The translations under genes and the position numbers were made by a program. The notes below the pieces were generated by a model. It was not told the DNA's origin and did no database searches. It saw only the letters and a list, made by a program, of their open reading frames with translations. Below, piece by piece: positions 9,596-19,826 of a stretch of 64,000 nt of DNA (its first letter is position 1; the number at the start of each line of letters is the position of its first letter). Source of the DNA: an uncultured Bacteroidales bacterium (lineage in GTDB: Bacteria; Bacteroidota; Bacteroidia; Bacteroidales; S143-33); the NCBI GenBank assembly GCA_964649975.1, contig CAZYSM010000010.1:1964-65963 (forward strand). Direction: 5' to 3'.

Positions 9596-11892
9596 AACCT
9601 TTATATTACGAAAGTGCACGGCAAATAGTACAAGGGAAAGCCCGTTTTGTTGACGACATACCACCCTTTCACAGAGAGCTGAAAGCTTATATTGTAACCT
9701 CACCAGTTGCACGAGGACGGCTAAAAAGTTTTGATCTATCACAAGCCCGCGCTTATCCAGGTGTTGTTGCGGTACTCTCGCACAAAGACATTCCGGGAAG
9801 TAAAAAAATAGGCGTTGTGGAACACGACCAGCCTTTGCTGGTAGAAGACCAAATCAGCTATATGGGCGAGCCAATGTTCCTCATCGTTGCCGAAAGCTAC
9901 GAAGCCGCCCATAAAGCTGCAAAACTCATAAAAGCGGATATAGAACCAGAGGATCCTGTCATTACCATAGAACAGGCAATAGAAAAGGACTGGAAACTGG
10001 CCCCTTCCAAGAAAATAGAACGGGGGGATATAGACAAAGGCTTTGCACAGGCTGACCACATAGTAGAAGGAATTTTCCGCATAGGCGGACAGGAGCATTG
10101 GTATCTGGAAACGCATGCCGCCATTGCCGTGCCAGGAGAGGAAAACGAAATGAAAATTTATACCTCATCACAGCACCCCACGGAAAATCAACATATCATC
10201 GCCCAGGTGCTTGGAATTAATTTCAAGGACGTGGACGTGGAAGTACGCCGTCTGGGAGGTGCTTTCGGTGGCAAAGAAGCTCAGGCTTCGTGGTTTGCAG
10301 CACTGGCCGCTCTGGCTGCCTGGCATACTAAAAGACCTGTACGCCTGCGTCTGGAACGTATGCAAGACCAGGCCATCACTGGCAAACGTCATGCATTCCT
10401 GGTAAAATACAAGGTGGGATTTTCTGCCGAAGGCAAAATCATTGCGCTGGATATTGAACTAAACGGAAATGCAGGTGCTTACAAAGACCTGTCCATGCCT
10501 ATACTTGAACGGGCTATGTTCCACTCCGAAAATGCCTATTACATCCCCAACATCCGCATCATTGGTACCATGTGGCGCACTAACCTGCCTCCTAACACAG
10601 CTTTCCGAGGATTTGGCGGTCCGCAGGGAATAGCATCTATTGAAAACATTATCCACATCATTGCTCATAAATTGAAAAAAGACCCTACCATTATCAGAAA
10701 AATTAACTTCTATGACGAACAGCACAATGAAACGCCATACGGACAAAAAGTAGAAAATAACCGCTTGCATATCCTCTACGACCAGATTATATCAGAAGCC
10801 AGGTATTTTGAACGTAAAGAAGAAATTTCCCGTTTTAATTCCCAGCATAAATACCTAAAACGCGGACTGGCACTTATTCCTGTCAAATTCGGCATATCTT
10901 TCACAAACTCCATCCTTAATCAGGCAGGTGCTCTGGTAAATGTTTACACCGACGGAACAGTGCAGGTCAACCACGGTGGCATTGAAATGGGACAAGGCCT
11001 TTATACAAAAATCCTGGGTATAGCCTCAAAAGAATTTGGTATCAGCCCCGACCGCATTCGTATCACTGCCACGGACACCTCCAAAGTACCCAATACTGTT
11101 GCCACAGCAGCCTCCACAGGATCCGACCTCAACGGAATGGCTGTGGCAGATGCTATTGAAAAAATCAAACTCCGTATGGCTGTAGCCCTGAGCAATTATT
11201 TCAACCGTAATAGCACAAGTTCACGCCTGACCTATCCTTCGGATCTGGTTTTTGAAGATAATTACATCTATGATAGACAAAATCCGGAACGGCGTATTTC
11301 CTTTGCTGAGGCTGCTGCCTTAATGTTTACCTTGCAGGTTAGCATGAGTGCCACAGGATATTATCACACACCCGGAATATTTATGGATTGGGAGACAGGT
11401 AAAGGCCATCCGTTTTATTACTATTCCTTTGGCATGGGCGTTGTGGAGGTGGAATTGGACCTGCTCACCGGAAAAGCCAGGGTTATACGGGCAGACTTAT
11501 TGCACGATGTAGGCGAGAGCCTTAATCCGGAAATTGACCGCGGTCAAATAGAAGGTGCTTTTGTCCAGGGTATGGGTTGGACACTGCTGGAAGACCTGCG
11601 TTACACGCCCGATGGACGCTTGTTAAACAGCTCTCCGGATACTTATAAAATTCCGGCATACACAGATGCACCAGCAGAATTTAATGTAAAACTGCTCAAA
11701 GGCTTTCCGCAGCCTGGCACCATCCATCACAGCAAAGCCATTGGTGAACCTCCGTTCATGTATGGAATAGCTCCGTGGCTGGCTGTAAAAGATATTCTGG
11801 CAGAACTAACGGAATTTGAAAAAGAACCAGACCTGGAACTGCCAGCCACTAACGACAGAATAGTCCTTGAAGTGGAAAAATTAATGGCGTAA
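9592..11892 (+). CDS. xdhB: Xanthine dehydrogenase molybdopterin-binding subunit
   Basis: 766 aa with aldehyde oxidase/xanthine dehydrogenase a/b-hammerhead and Moco-binding signatures (GGAFGGKE, AFRGFGGPQG, GSDLNG, EPP). It is translationally coupled to xdhA. Confidence 0.88.
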   Translation: MKPLYYESARQIVQGKARFVDDIPPFHRELKAYIVTSPVARGRLKSFDLSQARAYPGVVAVLSHKDIPGSKKIGVVEHDQPLLVEDQISYMGEPMFLIVAESYEAAHKAAKLIKADIEPEDPVITIEQAIEKDWKLAPSKKIERGDIDKGFAQADHIVEGIFRIGGQEHWYLETHAAIAVPGEENEMKIYTSSQHPTENQHIIAQVLGINFKDVDVEVRRLGGAFGGKEAQASWFAALAALAAWHTKRPVRLRLERMQDQAITGKRHAFLVKYKVGFSAEGKIIALDIELNGNAGAYKDLSMPILERAMFHSENAYYIPNIRIIGTMWRTNLPPNTAFRGFGGPQGIASIENIIHIIAHKLKKDPTIIRKINFYDEQHNETPYGQKVENNRLHILYDQIISEARYFERKEEISRFNSQHKYLKRGLALIPVKFGISFTNSILNQAGALVNVYTDGTVQVNHGGIEMGQGLYTKILGIASKEFGISPDRIRITATDTSKVPNTVATAASTGSDLNGMAVADAIEKIKLRMAVALSNYFNRNSTSSRLTYPSDLVFEDNYIYDRQNPERRISFAEAAALMFTLQVSMSATGYYHTPGIFMDWETGKGHPFYYYSFGMGVVEVELDLLTGKARVIRADLLHDVGESLNPEIDRGQIEGAFVQGMGWTLLEDLRYTPDGRLLNSSPDTYKIPAYTDAPAEFNVKLLKGFPQPGTIHHSKAIGEPPFMYGIAPWLAVKDILAELTEFEKEPDLELPATNDRIVLEVEKLMA

Positions 11893-11930
11893 AAAAAAAC
11901 GGGGCGCTGTTAGGCGACCCCGTTTTTTTA
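11891..11930. terminator. Bidirectional rho-independent terminator (xdhB / valS)
   Basis: A9-ACGGGGCGC-loop-GCGACCCCGT-T7. The stem 11899..11904 pairs with 11918..11923, plus an inner CGC/GCG pairing. The A-run and T-run let it work on both strands. Confidence 0.8.
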
Positions 11931-11931
11931 T

Positions 11932-14601
11932 TTATTCAAGGAATAAGTCCATCAACTCAGTAATCTGCTCTTTCAAAGCTTTGAGCTTGGCCTCGGCACT
12001 TGCTTTTTTCTCCTTCTCCCTCTCCACAACCTTTGCAGGCGCTTTACTGATAAATTTCTCATTATTAAGCTTTTTCATCACAGAAGCCAGAAAACCTTTC
12101 TGATAATTATATTCCTCAATCAAATCCACAAGCTCCTTTTTAATATCTATCAAATCTCCAAGCGGAATATTATATTCAAGTGTTTTTATCATAAACACCT
12201 TTGCGCCTTTTATTTTTTCCTTAATTTGTTCAATATTCTCCACACCAGCTAATTTCTTAATTACCTCATCAAACACAGGATTATATTCACCTTCCATCAC
12301 ACGTACTTTCACACTTAATTTCTGCTGATTATCAATCTTATAATCTTTCCTTAGCCCACGGATAGTACTGATGATCTTCTTGGTATCCTCAAAAAGTTCC
12401 AGTAATTTTTCATCATACTCACCAGGCACGGGATAAGAGGCAATCATAATACTCTCACCATCTTTACGGTCATCCAGCTTTTGCCAGAGCTCCTCGGTAA
12501 CAAATGGCATAAACGGATGAAGCATTCTCAGCAGCTTATCAAAGAAAATGCGGGTAGCCTCAAAAGTTTCCTTATCAATGAAAGCTGCGTTACGGTTTTT
12601 GTCAAATTTAGGCTTAATTATTTCCAGATACCATGAAGCAAAATCATCCCAGAAAAGCTGATACAGTGTCATCAATATCTCGGAAAGCCGATAATTTTCG
12701 TACATTTGCTCGGTCTGATCCAATACTTTGTTAAGCTTGTTTTCAAACCACTGGATAGCAACTTTGTTAACCTGCGGCTGAGCGAGATTTTCATCCACCT
12801 CCCACATTGAAATCAAGCGAAAGGCATTCCATATTTTATTAGCAAAATTACGTCCTTGTTCAGGTAAATCATCCTTGTATAAAAGATCACCTCCGGCAGG
12901 GGCGCACGAAAGTATACCAAAACGCACACCGTCTGCACCGTATTTATCAATCAACTCCAGTGGGTCGGGCGAATTACCAAGCGACTTTGACATTTTACGT
13001 CTCAGGTTATCACGCACCAACCCAGTAAAATACACATCCTTAAATGGATAGGTGCCACGATAATGGTATCCTGCCATAATCATACGAGCCACCCAGAAAA
13101 AGATAATATCATGCCCAGTAACCAGTACAGTAGTAGGATAATAATAATTTATGTCAGGATTATCTGGATAGCGTATTCCGTCAAATACGGCAATGGGCCA
13201 CAGCCAGGAAGAAAACCAGGTGTCCAGCGTGTCAGGGTCTTGATGCAAATCATCCAATGTCAAGGATTTATCTCCGGTCTTTTCAATAGCCAACTGTAAA
13301 GCCTCTTCCTTGGTTTCTGCCACAACAAACTCCTCTGTATCACGGATATAATAAACCGGAATACGATGGCCCCACCATAGCTGACGAGAGATGTTCCAGT
13401 CGCGGATATTTTCCATCCAGTGGCGGTAAGTGTTTTTAAACATATCAGGAACAAAACGTATTTCCCCGTCCATCACAGCTTTGAGAGCGGGTTTAGCCAA
13501 CTCTTTCATTTTCAAGAACCACTGTCTGGACAGGCGTGGCTCAATTGGCACATCTGTACGCTCAGAAAAACCAACGTTATGAGTGTAATCTTCCTCCTTG
13601 ACAAGCAGACCGCGCTTGCGTAATTCCTCTACAATGAGTTTTTGCGCTTCCTCACGGCTTTTGCCAACAAAGAACTGAGCCTGCTGGTTAAGTGTAGCAT
13701 CCTCATTGAAAATATCTATAATTTCCAATCCATGACGCAGGCCTATTTCATAGTCATTAGGGTCATGGGCAGGTGTAATCTTTAAAGCGCCAGTACCAAA
13801 CTCAGGGTCAACATAATCATCTGCAATAACCGGTACCTCACGTTCTACCAGCGGAACTATTACTTTTTTCCCAATGAAATCCTTATAACGTTCATCGCCA
13901 GGATTAACTGCTACAGCAGTATCTGCCAGGATAGTTTCCGGACGTGTAGTTGCAATAACAATGTATTTATCTTCCTCACCCACAACAGGATATTTAACAT
14001 ACCATAGCTTACCTGGAACCTCTTTGTATATAACTTCTTCATCACTAATAGAAGTCTTAGCCTCAGGGTCCCAGTTAACCATACGGTATCCACGGTAGAT
14101 GAGACCTTTGCGGTAAAGGTCAACAAATACTTTAATAACGCTCTGATAATAATGGTCATCCAGGGTAAAATTAGTACGATCCCAGTCGGCAGAAGCACCG
14201 AGCTTACGAAGCTGTTTAAGTATTATACCGCCATGCTCATGTGTCCATTCCCAGGCATGTTTGAGGAATTCCTCACGTGTGATCTGGGATTTTTCAATGC
14301 CCTGTTTTTTAAGCTTGGCAACAACTTTAGCCTCTGTTGCAATAGAAGCGTGGTCTGTACCAGGCACCCACAGGGCATTATAGCCCTTCATCCTGGCATG
14401 ACGCACCAGAATATCCTGTATAGTGTTGTTAAGGATGTGTCCCATGTGTAGCACGCCTGTTACATTAGGCGGGGGTATGACAATAGTATAAGGCTTACGT
14501 TCATCAGGCTCAGAATGGAAAAGCTTTTTTTCCATCCAGTAATTATACCATTTTTCCTCAATCTGCTGCGGTTCAAACTTCTTAGGCAAATTCTTGTCCA
14601 T
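11932..14601 (-). CDS. valS: Valine--tRNA ligase
   Basis: Class I HIGH motif (LHMGHILN) and KMSKS motif are present. The 889-aa length and the C-terminal coiled coil are typical of ValRS. Confidence 0.97.
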   Translation of the reverse strand: MDKNLPKKFEPQQIEEKWYNYWMEKKLFHSEPDERKPYTIVIPPPNVTGVLHMGHILNNTIQDILVRHARMKGYNALWVPGTDHASIATEAKVVAKLKKQGIEKSQITREEFLKHAWEWTHEHGGIILKQLRKLGASADWDRTNFTLDDHYYQSVIKVFVDLYRKGLIYRGYRMVNWDPEAKTSISDEEVIYKEVPGKLWYVKYPVVGEEDKYIVIATTRPETILADTAVAVNPGDERYKDFIGKKVIVPLVEREVPVIADDYVDPEFGTGALKITPAHDPNDYEIGLRHGLEIIDIFNEDATLNQQAQFFVGKSREEAQKLIVEELRKRGLLVKEEDYTHNVGFSERTDVPIEPRLSRQWFLKMKELAKPALKAVMDGEIRFVPDMFKNTYRHWMENIRDWNISRQLWWGHRIPVYYIRDTEEFVVAETKEEALQLAIEKTGDKSLTLDDLHQDPDTLDTWFSSWLWPIAVFDGIRYPDNPDINYYYPTTVLVTGHDIIFFWVARMIMAGYHYRGTYPFKDVYFTGLVRDNLRRKMSKSLGNSPDPLELIDKYGADGVRFGILSCAPAGGDLLYKDDLPEQGRNFANKIWNAFRLISMWEVDENLAQPQVNKVAIQWFENKLNKVLDQTEQMYENYRLSEILMTLYQLFWDDFASWYLEIIKPKFDKNRNAAFIDKETFEATRIFFDKLLRMLHPFMPFVTEELWQKLDDRKDGESIMIASYPVPGEYDEKLLELFEDTKKIISTIRGLRKDYKIDNQQKLSVKVRVMEGEYNPVFDEVIKKLAGVENIEQIKEKIKGAKVFMIKTLEYNIPLGDLIDIKKELVDLIEEYNYQKGFLASVMKKLNNEKFISKAPAKVVEREKEKKASAEAKLKALKEQITELMDLFLE

Positions 14602-14749
14602 AACTATTTTTTGTTTTTATTTCCAGAAAAGATTGATACAAAGGTATAAAATTCTGCAAAAATAAAATTTAAAAATTCAACCGGCATATAAAAACAGAAA
14701 AACCATGAACGCCACATAAAACATCCCCATGATAAACAAAGACATAGCA

Positions 14750-15340
14750 TTATCTACGACTAACAGGCTTATAACCATATAATCCTTTACGCTTGATATA
14801 CTCTGCAACTTGCGGATGCAGGAAAAACCACGGATGTTTCCCCTCAGCAATAGCCTTGCGGATAAAAGTTGCGGAAATTTCCAGCAAAGGGGCATGTACA
14901 ATACGCAGACGTGGGAAAGAGACATAATCAGCATTATATCCAGGACGGGGATAAACATAGATATCAAATTCATGGGCTATCCAGTCGGCCTGCTTCCATT
15001 TATGGAAAGATACAAGATTATCCCCGCCCATTATCAAAACGAATTCATAATCCGGAAATTGCTGCCTGAGCGCCTGCAATGTCCTGTAAGTATATGATGG
15101 ACGGGGCAAATTGAGTTCAATATCACAAACCCTGTATCCTTCTGTTCCGCTCAGTGCCAGACGTAGCATCTCCGCACGGTCTTCTTCTGCAGCCAGTTTA
15201 TCGTCTATCTTAAATGGGCTTTGCGGACTGACAACAAACCATACCTGATCTATATCCGTGAATTCCCGGAAAAAATTGGCAATTATCAAATGTCCTACAT
15301 GAACCGGGTTGAACGAACCAAAGAGTAATCCGATTTTCAT
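14750..15340 (-). CDS. nadD: Nicotinate-nucleotide adenylyltransferase
   Basis: GSFNPVHVGH nucleotidyltransferase motif and ISAT motif. The ORF-track start at 15373 is a TTG, so I trimmed to ATG 15340 (MKIGLLFGSFNP...). Confidence 0.88.
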   Translation of the reverse strand: MKIGLLFGSFNPVHVGHLIIANFFREFTDIDQVWFVVSPQSPFKIDDKLAAEEDRAEMLRLALSGTEGYRVCDIELNLPRPSYTYRTLQALRQQFPDYEFVLIMGGDNLVSFHKWKQADWIAHEFDIYVYPRPGYNADYVSFPRLRIVHAPLLEISATFIRKAIAEGKHPWFFLHPQVAEYIKRKGLYGYKPVSRR

Positions 15341-15372
15341 ATCTTTGCGGAAATTATATTTGCTTTTTGCCA

Positions 15373-16029
15373 ATGAAAATAATCAAATTTTACATTTTTC
15401 TCGTATTGATATTTCCCTACACTTTATTAAAGGCTCAAAACAATGAAATAATTTTTTCTGTAGGCGGTACACTCTCCACAGTGCGTTTTGATGATTCTGC
15501 AGCGCAGGCAGCTGTTAGTCCGCATTTAAAGCCCAAAGCCGGTTATCTTGTATCCGCGATATGGGAACATTATTTTGCTCCTATACTGAGCCTGCGCACC
15601 TCCATGGATTATATCCAGAAAGGATTTGCTTATTCCTATCCCTATAAGCAAGGATACAAAACCTTTAATTACCTCACACTCTCGGTTGCTGGTAATCTTG
15701 TATTATACCGTGCGCCCATAATGGAAATCTCGGCCTCGGTGGCACCTTTCACAGGTTACTGGATAAGCGGCTTTAAATTTGAAGCTGATTACCGCGGCAA
15801 TGCCCTTTATGCCCAGAAAATCATCTTTTCCGACAGCACATATAGCTATAACCGCTGGGACGCAGGTGTGGCAGCAGGATTACATCTAAAATACTGGCAA
15901 AGCTCATCACAGGCTATCACTCTGGACATAGGACTTAAATATTCCGCGGTTAGCAATGACCGCAAAAACGTGGCTGGAACAAAAAACCGTTGTTTTTACA
16001 TCCGCATGGGATACTTATGGTCTTTGTGA
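15373..16029 (+). CDS. Outer-membrane beta-barrel (porin-family-like) protein
   Basis: Signal peptide ending LKAQ, followed by an alternating aromatic/hydrophobic beta-strand pattern. The C-terminus MGYLWSL is aromatic. I chose ATG 15373 over the TTG at 15367. Confidence 0.5.
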   Translation: MKIIKFYIFLVLIFPYTLLKAQNNEIIFSVGGTLSTVRFDDSAAQAAVSPHLKPKAGYLVSAIWEHYFAPILSLRTSMDYIQKGFAYSYPYKQGYKTFNYLTLSVAGNLVLYRAPIMEISASVAPFTGYWISGFKFEADYRGNALYAQKIIFSDSTYSYNRWDAGVAAGLHLKYWQSSSQAITLDIGLKYSAVSNDRKNVAGTKNRCFYIRMGYLWSL

Positions 16030-16071
16030 GAAAATTTTATTACCTTTAAATCCAAATTACATCTGGATTTG

Positions 16072-18156
16072 ATGAAAAAACTTTTAATCCTGTTTATTGG
16101 TATAATTCTTTCCGCGGGCCTATGGGCACAGCAAGACTCCACAGGTTTTCCTTCGGAAGTAATTGAAAATCTGGCAGAACAAATCGTTGAAAATTCCGAA
16201 GGCGAAGTGGATTTAAGTCAGGTTTATGACGATTTGATGTATTTTTACGAAAATAAGCTTAACCTCAATACTGCAACCTGGGGGCAACTGTCCCATTTAT
16301 ATTTCCTTGATGACCAGCAGATAAAAGCACTTTTACATTACCGCAAACAGCACGGACAAATCATTTCCATAGGCGAATTATACGCTGTTCCGGGCTTTAC
16401 TTATGACGTGATACAACAACTGGCACCTTTCATAACTTTTGCCCCTGCGGAAAAAATACCTCCGCTCAAACCACGGAATATACTCCGTTACGGACGTAGT
16501 GAGCTGTATTTGCGCGACCAGTTCATTATCCAGCCGCAAAAGGGCTACATCATCAACGATACCATTTCGCCAGAGGACAGCACAACCAGCCGTTATCTGG
16601 GAAACAAGCACAAGATTTATATGCGGTATAAATTCACTTATGGCGACCGTGTAATGGCAGGCTTCACCGCGGAAAAGGACGCAGGCGAGCAGTTTTTCCA
16701 GGGCGCGCAACGTTACGGATTTGATTTTTATTCCGCGCATCTGCAGGTAAACCGTATAAGTAAAACTGTTAACCGCCTGGTGCTGGGTGATTTTCAGGCA
16801 CAGTTTGGTCAGGGCCTTGTCCTGTGGAACGGTTTTGCCATGAGTAAATCCGCTTATGTGCTGGACATACGCCGGCGTCCGCGCGGACTGCGTAAGTATT
16901 CCTCCACGGACGAAAACCGCTTTTTCCGTGGAATAGGCACAACACTACGCCGTGGGGATTACTATTTGTCTGTTTTTGCTTCGGCCAAGCATATTGATGC
17001 CAGCATCCAGGAAACAGACACAACGGAAAACGACTTTGCACACTACATTACGTCCATACAATCCACTGGCTACCACCGGACATTTTCCGAGATAGCCAAA
17101 CGTCATGCCATCTTTGAAACAGTGGGCGGATTAGACCTCTCGCACAAAGGAGAAAAATTGCATTGGGGCATCACCGGTATTGCCTACCACTACTCTGTTC
17201 CGCTTCTGCCAGGACCAGCCATTTACCAGCAAAATAATTTTAGCGGACAGACAGGTGCCAATATCGGCGGAAACTGGTTCTATATGGACAACCACCTGTC
17301 ATTTTTCGGCGAAGCGGCTCTATCGTCCAACCTCGGATATGCTTTTCTGTCCGGACTGGTGCTTCCTCTGCACTACCGCCTTCAGCTGGCAATGTTATAC
17401 CGTTATTATTCTCCGGAGTATTTTGCCTACTACGGAGGGGGCTTTGGCGAAGGCAGTAATACCCAGAATGAACAAGGAATATACTTTGGTTTGCAAATCC
17501 TGCCCATGCCCAAATGGAAAGTTTCCGTGTATTTTGACCGTTATATGTTTCCATCGTTCCGCTACCGCATTTACCAGCCGCAGACCTGGGGCAATGAAGT
17601 TTTTGGACAAATTGATTACCTCCCGTCCCGTTCCATTACAATGTATCTACGTTATAAGACCGAGATTAAGCCTCAAAATCTGTCCGTTGGAGAGATTTAT
17701 CCTGTGGAAATGTATCACCGTAGCTATTTGAGATATAACCTGCGGATAAACGTCAGCAGCAGCTTCCGTCTCAATAGCCGGATAGAGATGAGCCATTACA
17801 TTCTGGATACCATCAACGACCATGGCATTCTGCTTATGCAGGACTTGCGCTGGGCACCGCAAGGGTTTCCTCTAACGTTAAACTGGCGGATAGCTTTGTT
17901 TGATGCCCCTTACAATGCCCGTCTCTATGCTTACGAAAATGATGTGCTATATGCTTTTTCTGTGCCAGCATATTTCTATAAAGGTATGCGGACTTATTTG
18001 TTAATCCGCTATGATGTCAACCGGAAAATCTCCCTGTGGCTACGTCTGGCTTCCACAAGTTATTTTGACAGGCAGGTTATCAGCGGGGGCAGTTTGAACG
18101 AAATCCAGGGCAATACAAAATCTGAGGTCAAAATACAATTACGTATCCGATTATAA
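16072..18156 (+). CDS. Helix-hairpin-helix (ComEA-like) domain protein with a large beta-rich C-terminal domain
   Basis: Signal peptide, then two HhH-like units (LNLNTATWGQLSHLYFLDDQQIKALLHYRKQHGQIISIGELYAVPGF). About 550 aa of Tyr/Phe-rich beta sequence follow. Confidence 0.6.
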   Translation: MKKLLILFIGIILSAGLWAQQDSTGFPSEVIENLAEQIVENSEGEVDLSQVYDDLMYFYENKLNLNTATWGQLSHLYFLDDQQIKALLHYRKQHGQIISIGELYAVPGFTYDVIQQLAPFITFAPAEKIPPLKPRNILRYGRSELYLRDQFIIQPQKGYIINDTISPEDSTTSRYLGNKHKIYMRYKFTYGDRVMAGFTAEKDAGEQFFQGAQRYGFDFYSAHLQVNRISKTVNRLVLGDFQAQFGQGLVLWNGFAMSKSAYVLDIRRRPRGLRKYSSTDENRFFRGIGTTLRRGDYYLSVFASAKHIDASIQETDTTENDFAHYITSIQSTGYHRTFSEIAKRHAIFETVGGLDLSHKGEKLHWGITGIAYHYSVPLLPGPAIYQQNNFSGQTGANIGGNWFYMDNHLSFFGEAALSSNLGYAFLSGLVLPLHYRLQLAMLYRYYSPEYFAYYGGGFGEGSNTQNEQGIYFGLQILPMPKWKVSVYFDRYMFPSFRYRIYQPQTWGNEVFGQIDYLPSRSITMYLRYKTEIKPQNLSVGEIYPVEMYHRSYLRYNLRINVSSSFRLNSRIEMSHYILDTINDHGILLMQDLRWAPQGFPLTLNWRIALFDAPYNARLYAYENDVLYAFSVPAYFYKGMRTYLLIRYDVNRKISLWLRLASTSYFDRQVISGGSLNEIQGNTKSEVKIQLRIRL

Positions 18157-18157
18157 A

Positions 18158-19051
18158 TCAACCCTTTGTCCGTGAGATAAATTTGAGGAAAGCAGGGCTA
18201 ATCATTACTTTGTCCGGGTCTTTTCTGGCCATAATTATATCAACAGATAATCCTATGGGGAGGTTGACAAAAGCCTTTTCTGGCACTTGCTGGTAATAAG
18301 TTCCGTAGGCCGTTTCAAAAGCTACATAATATGCAGGATATAATTTCCCCAGCAATCCTCTGGGTTCTATTTTCACCCATTTGTCAATAATTTTAACGCT
18401 GTCAAATAGTTTATCATCCCTCCAGAAATTCAATACAGGAAAAATATTAATAAAACCGCCAATAGTCAGATAAGCCCCAGCAAGGATAAATACGCCGGCA
18501 ATTATGCCTGTAATAAATTTCCACAAAGCAACAGCAAGGACAATAAAAAGTAAACCAGTGACAATCTTTGCTATATAAATAAAACGTCTGTTGTAAGCCT
18601 CATCAAAAGCAGATTCGTAAGTCTCCTCTTTTTTTTCTACCTCCTTGAAATACACATCATTATAGAAAGGCAGATACCACGAAAAATCGTATTCAGGCGA
18701 AAATTTATTAAAATCCAGTGTCCTGGCTAATTCCCGGTTAAGATGTTGTTTAGCCCAAAAAACTTTCAGTTTTTCCAGATCTTTTTGAGATAAAAGTGTA
18801 TCTGGCCAGGCAATATCTTTCAAAAAGTTATACATTTCCATAGCATCATAATCGCTACGTTTGTTCACGTCAAGCAAAGTTTCATAGGCTTTATCCAGCT
18901 GTTTGAGATAGTCTCTCAACTGGCTATTATCCTTAAAATCCGCACGGTTAAGATGTTTCATCCTGTAATTATAAGCCTTTTTAATCTCTCTGGTAGTGGC
19001 ACTACGTCTGATACCCAGAAGACGATATAAATTTTTATTCTGCGTTAACAT
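18158..19051 (-). CDS. J-like domain membrane protein (HPD motif absent)
   Basis: The N-terminal J-domain signature is LYRLLGIRRSATTREIKKAY...LDKAYETLLDVNKRSDYD. The position of the HPD tripeptide reads HLN (codons 18947..18955). Two to three TM helices sit at mid-protein. A 17-nt overlap links it to xdhC. Confidence 0.65.
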   Translation of the reverse strand: MLTQNKNLYRLLGIRRSATTREIKKAYNYRMKHLNRADFKDNSQLRDYLKQLDKAYETLLDVNKRSDYDAMEMYNFLKDIAWPDTLLSQKDLEKLKVFWAKQHLNRELARTLDFNKFSPEYDFSWYLPFYNDVYFKEVEKKEETYESAFDEAYNRRFIYIAKIVTGLLFIVLAVALWKFITGIIAGVFILAGAYLTIGGFINIFPVLNFWRDDKLFDSVKIIDKWVKIEPRGLLGKLYPAYYVAFETAYGTYYQQVPEKAFVNLPIGLSVDIIMARKDPDKVMISPAFLKFISRTKG

Positions 19052-19826
19052 TTTTGCTTAATTTGTTTTTTAAATCAACCAGCCTGGCCAAGATAGATAT
19101 AGCAATTTCCTGAGGTGTCTCGCAGGCAATAGGCACTCCCATAGGCATGTCAATTTGTTTTACATCCTCATCGGAATAACCATATTTCTGGACAAGTGCC
19201 CGTGCAAATTTTGCAGCTTTATTCCTGCTTGCCAGCACGCCCAGATAAGCAAAATCTTTTTTCAAACAACGCGCAGCAATTTCCAGGTCATATTCATGGC
19301 CAAAAGTCATGGAACAAATATAAGTATCCTTGTCAAATTTTATCTCATCAATAGCACTGAGATAATCTTTTATTACAAATTTAACATTTTCTTTTGAATT
19401 CCAAGAATCCAGCACATCTTTTCTGGGCTCAACCACTACAATGTCAAAGTCAAGATTAGCAGCCATAGTAGCAAGTGCCTGTCCTACATGTCCGCCACCA
19501 AAAATAACAAGCTGACTGGCTGGCAATAATGGTTCAAAATAGACACTCACCTGGCCACCACAAGCCATGTTCAAGTCACGGGAAAGGTTAAAAGTCATCA
19601 AACGTGACTGAGGATTAACCAGAAGTTTCCTGGCTTCCTCAATAGTACGGTATTCCAGATCGCCTCCGCCCACAGTGCCAAAAAACTTCCCATCCCCGGT
19701 TACCAACAGCTTAGATCCTGGCTTACGCGGGGTAGAACCTTTTGCTTCCACAACAATGCACAGGATAGCTTTCTGCCTTTCTTGTTTAATTTCCAGTATT
19801 TTTTGCCATATATTATCCATAAGCAT
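19035..19826 (-). CDS. xdhC: XdhC/CoxI-family molybdenum-cofactor insertion accessory protein
   Basis: N-terminal XdhC_CoxI pattern (CIVVEAKGSTPRKPGSKLLV...GTVGGGDLE) and a Rossmann-like module (LVIFGGGHVGQALA). The start is set at ATG 19826, which forms a TGATG overlap with the upstream stop. Confidence 0.8.
   Translation of the reverse strand: MLMDNIWQKILEIKQERQKAILCIVVEAKGSTPRKPGSKLLVTGDGKFFGTVGGGDLEYRTIEEARKLLVNPQSRLMTFNLSRDLNMACGGQVSVYFEPLLPASQLVIFGGGHVGQALATMAANLDFDIVVVEPRKDVLDSWNSKENVKFVIKDYLSAIDEIKFDKDTYICSMTFGHEYDLEIAARCLKKDFAYLGVLASRNKAAKFARALVQKYGYSDEDVKQIDMPMGVPIACETPQEIAISILARLVDLKNKLSKNVNAE

Noticed and set aside
14677-14973. 98-aa minus-strand ORF overlapping the nadD 3' end
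   Set aside because: It is an out-of-frame overlap with nadD and extends into the AT-rich spacer. The peptide is hydrophobic and low-complexity, so it is likely spurious.
17180-17731. 183-aa plus-strand ORF
   Set aside because: It is an alternative frame inside the 695-aa HhH-domain gene. Its Cys/Arg/Thr-rich composition is typical of an off-frame translation.
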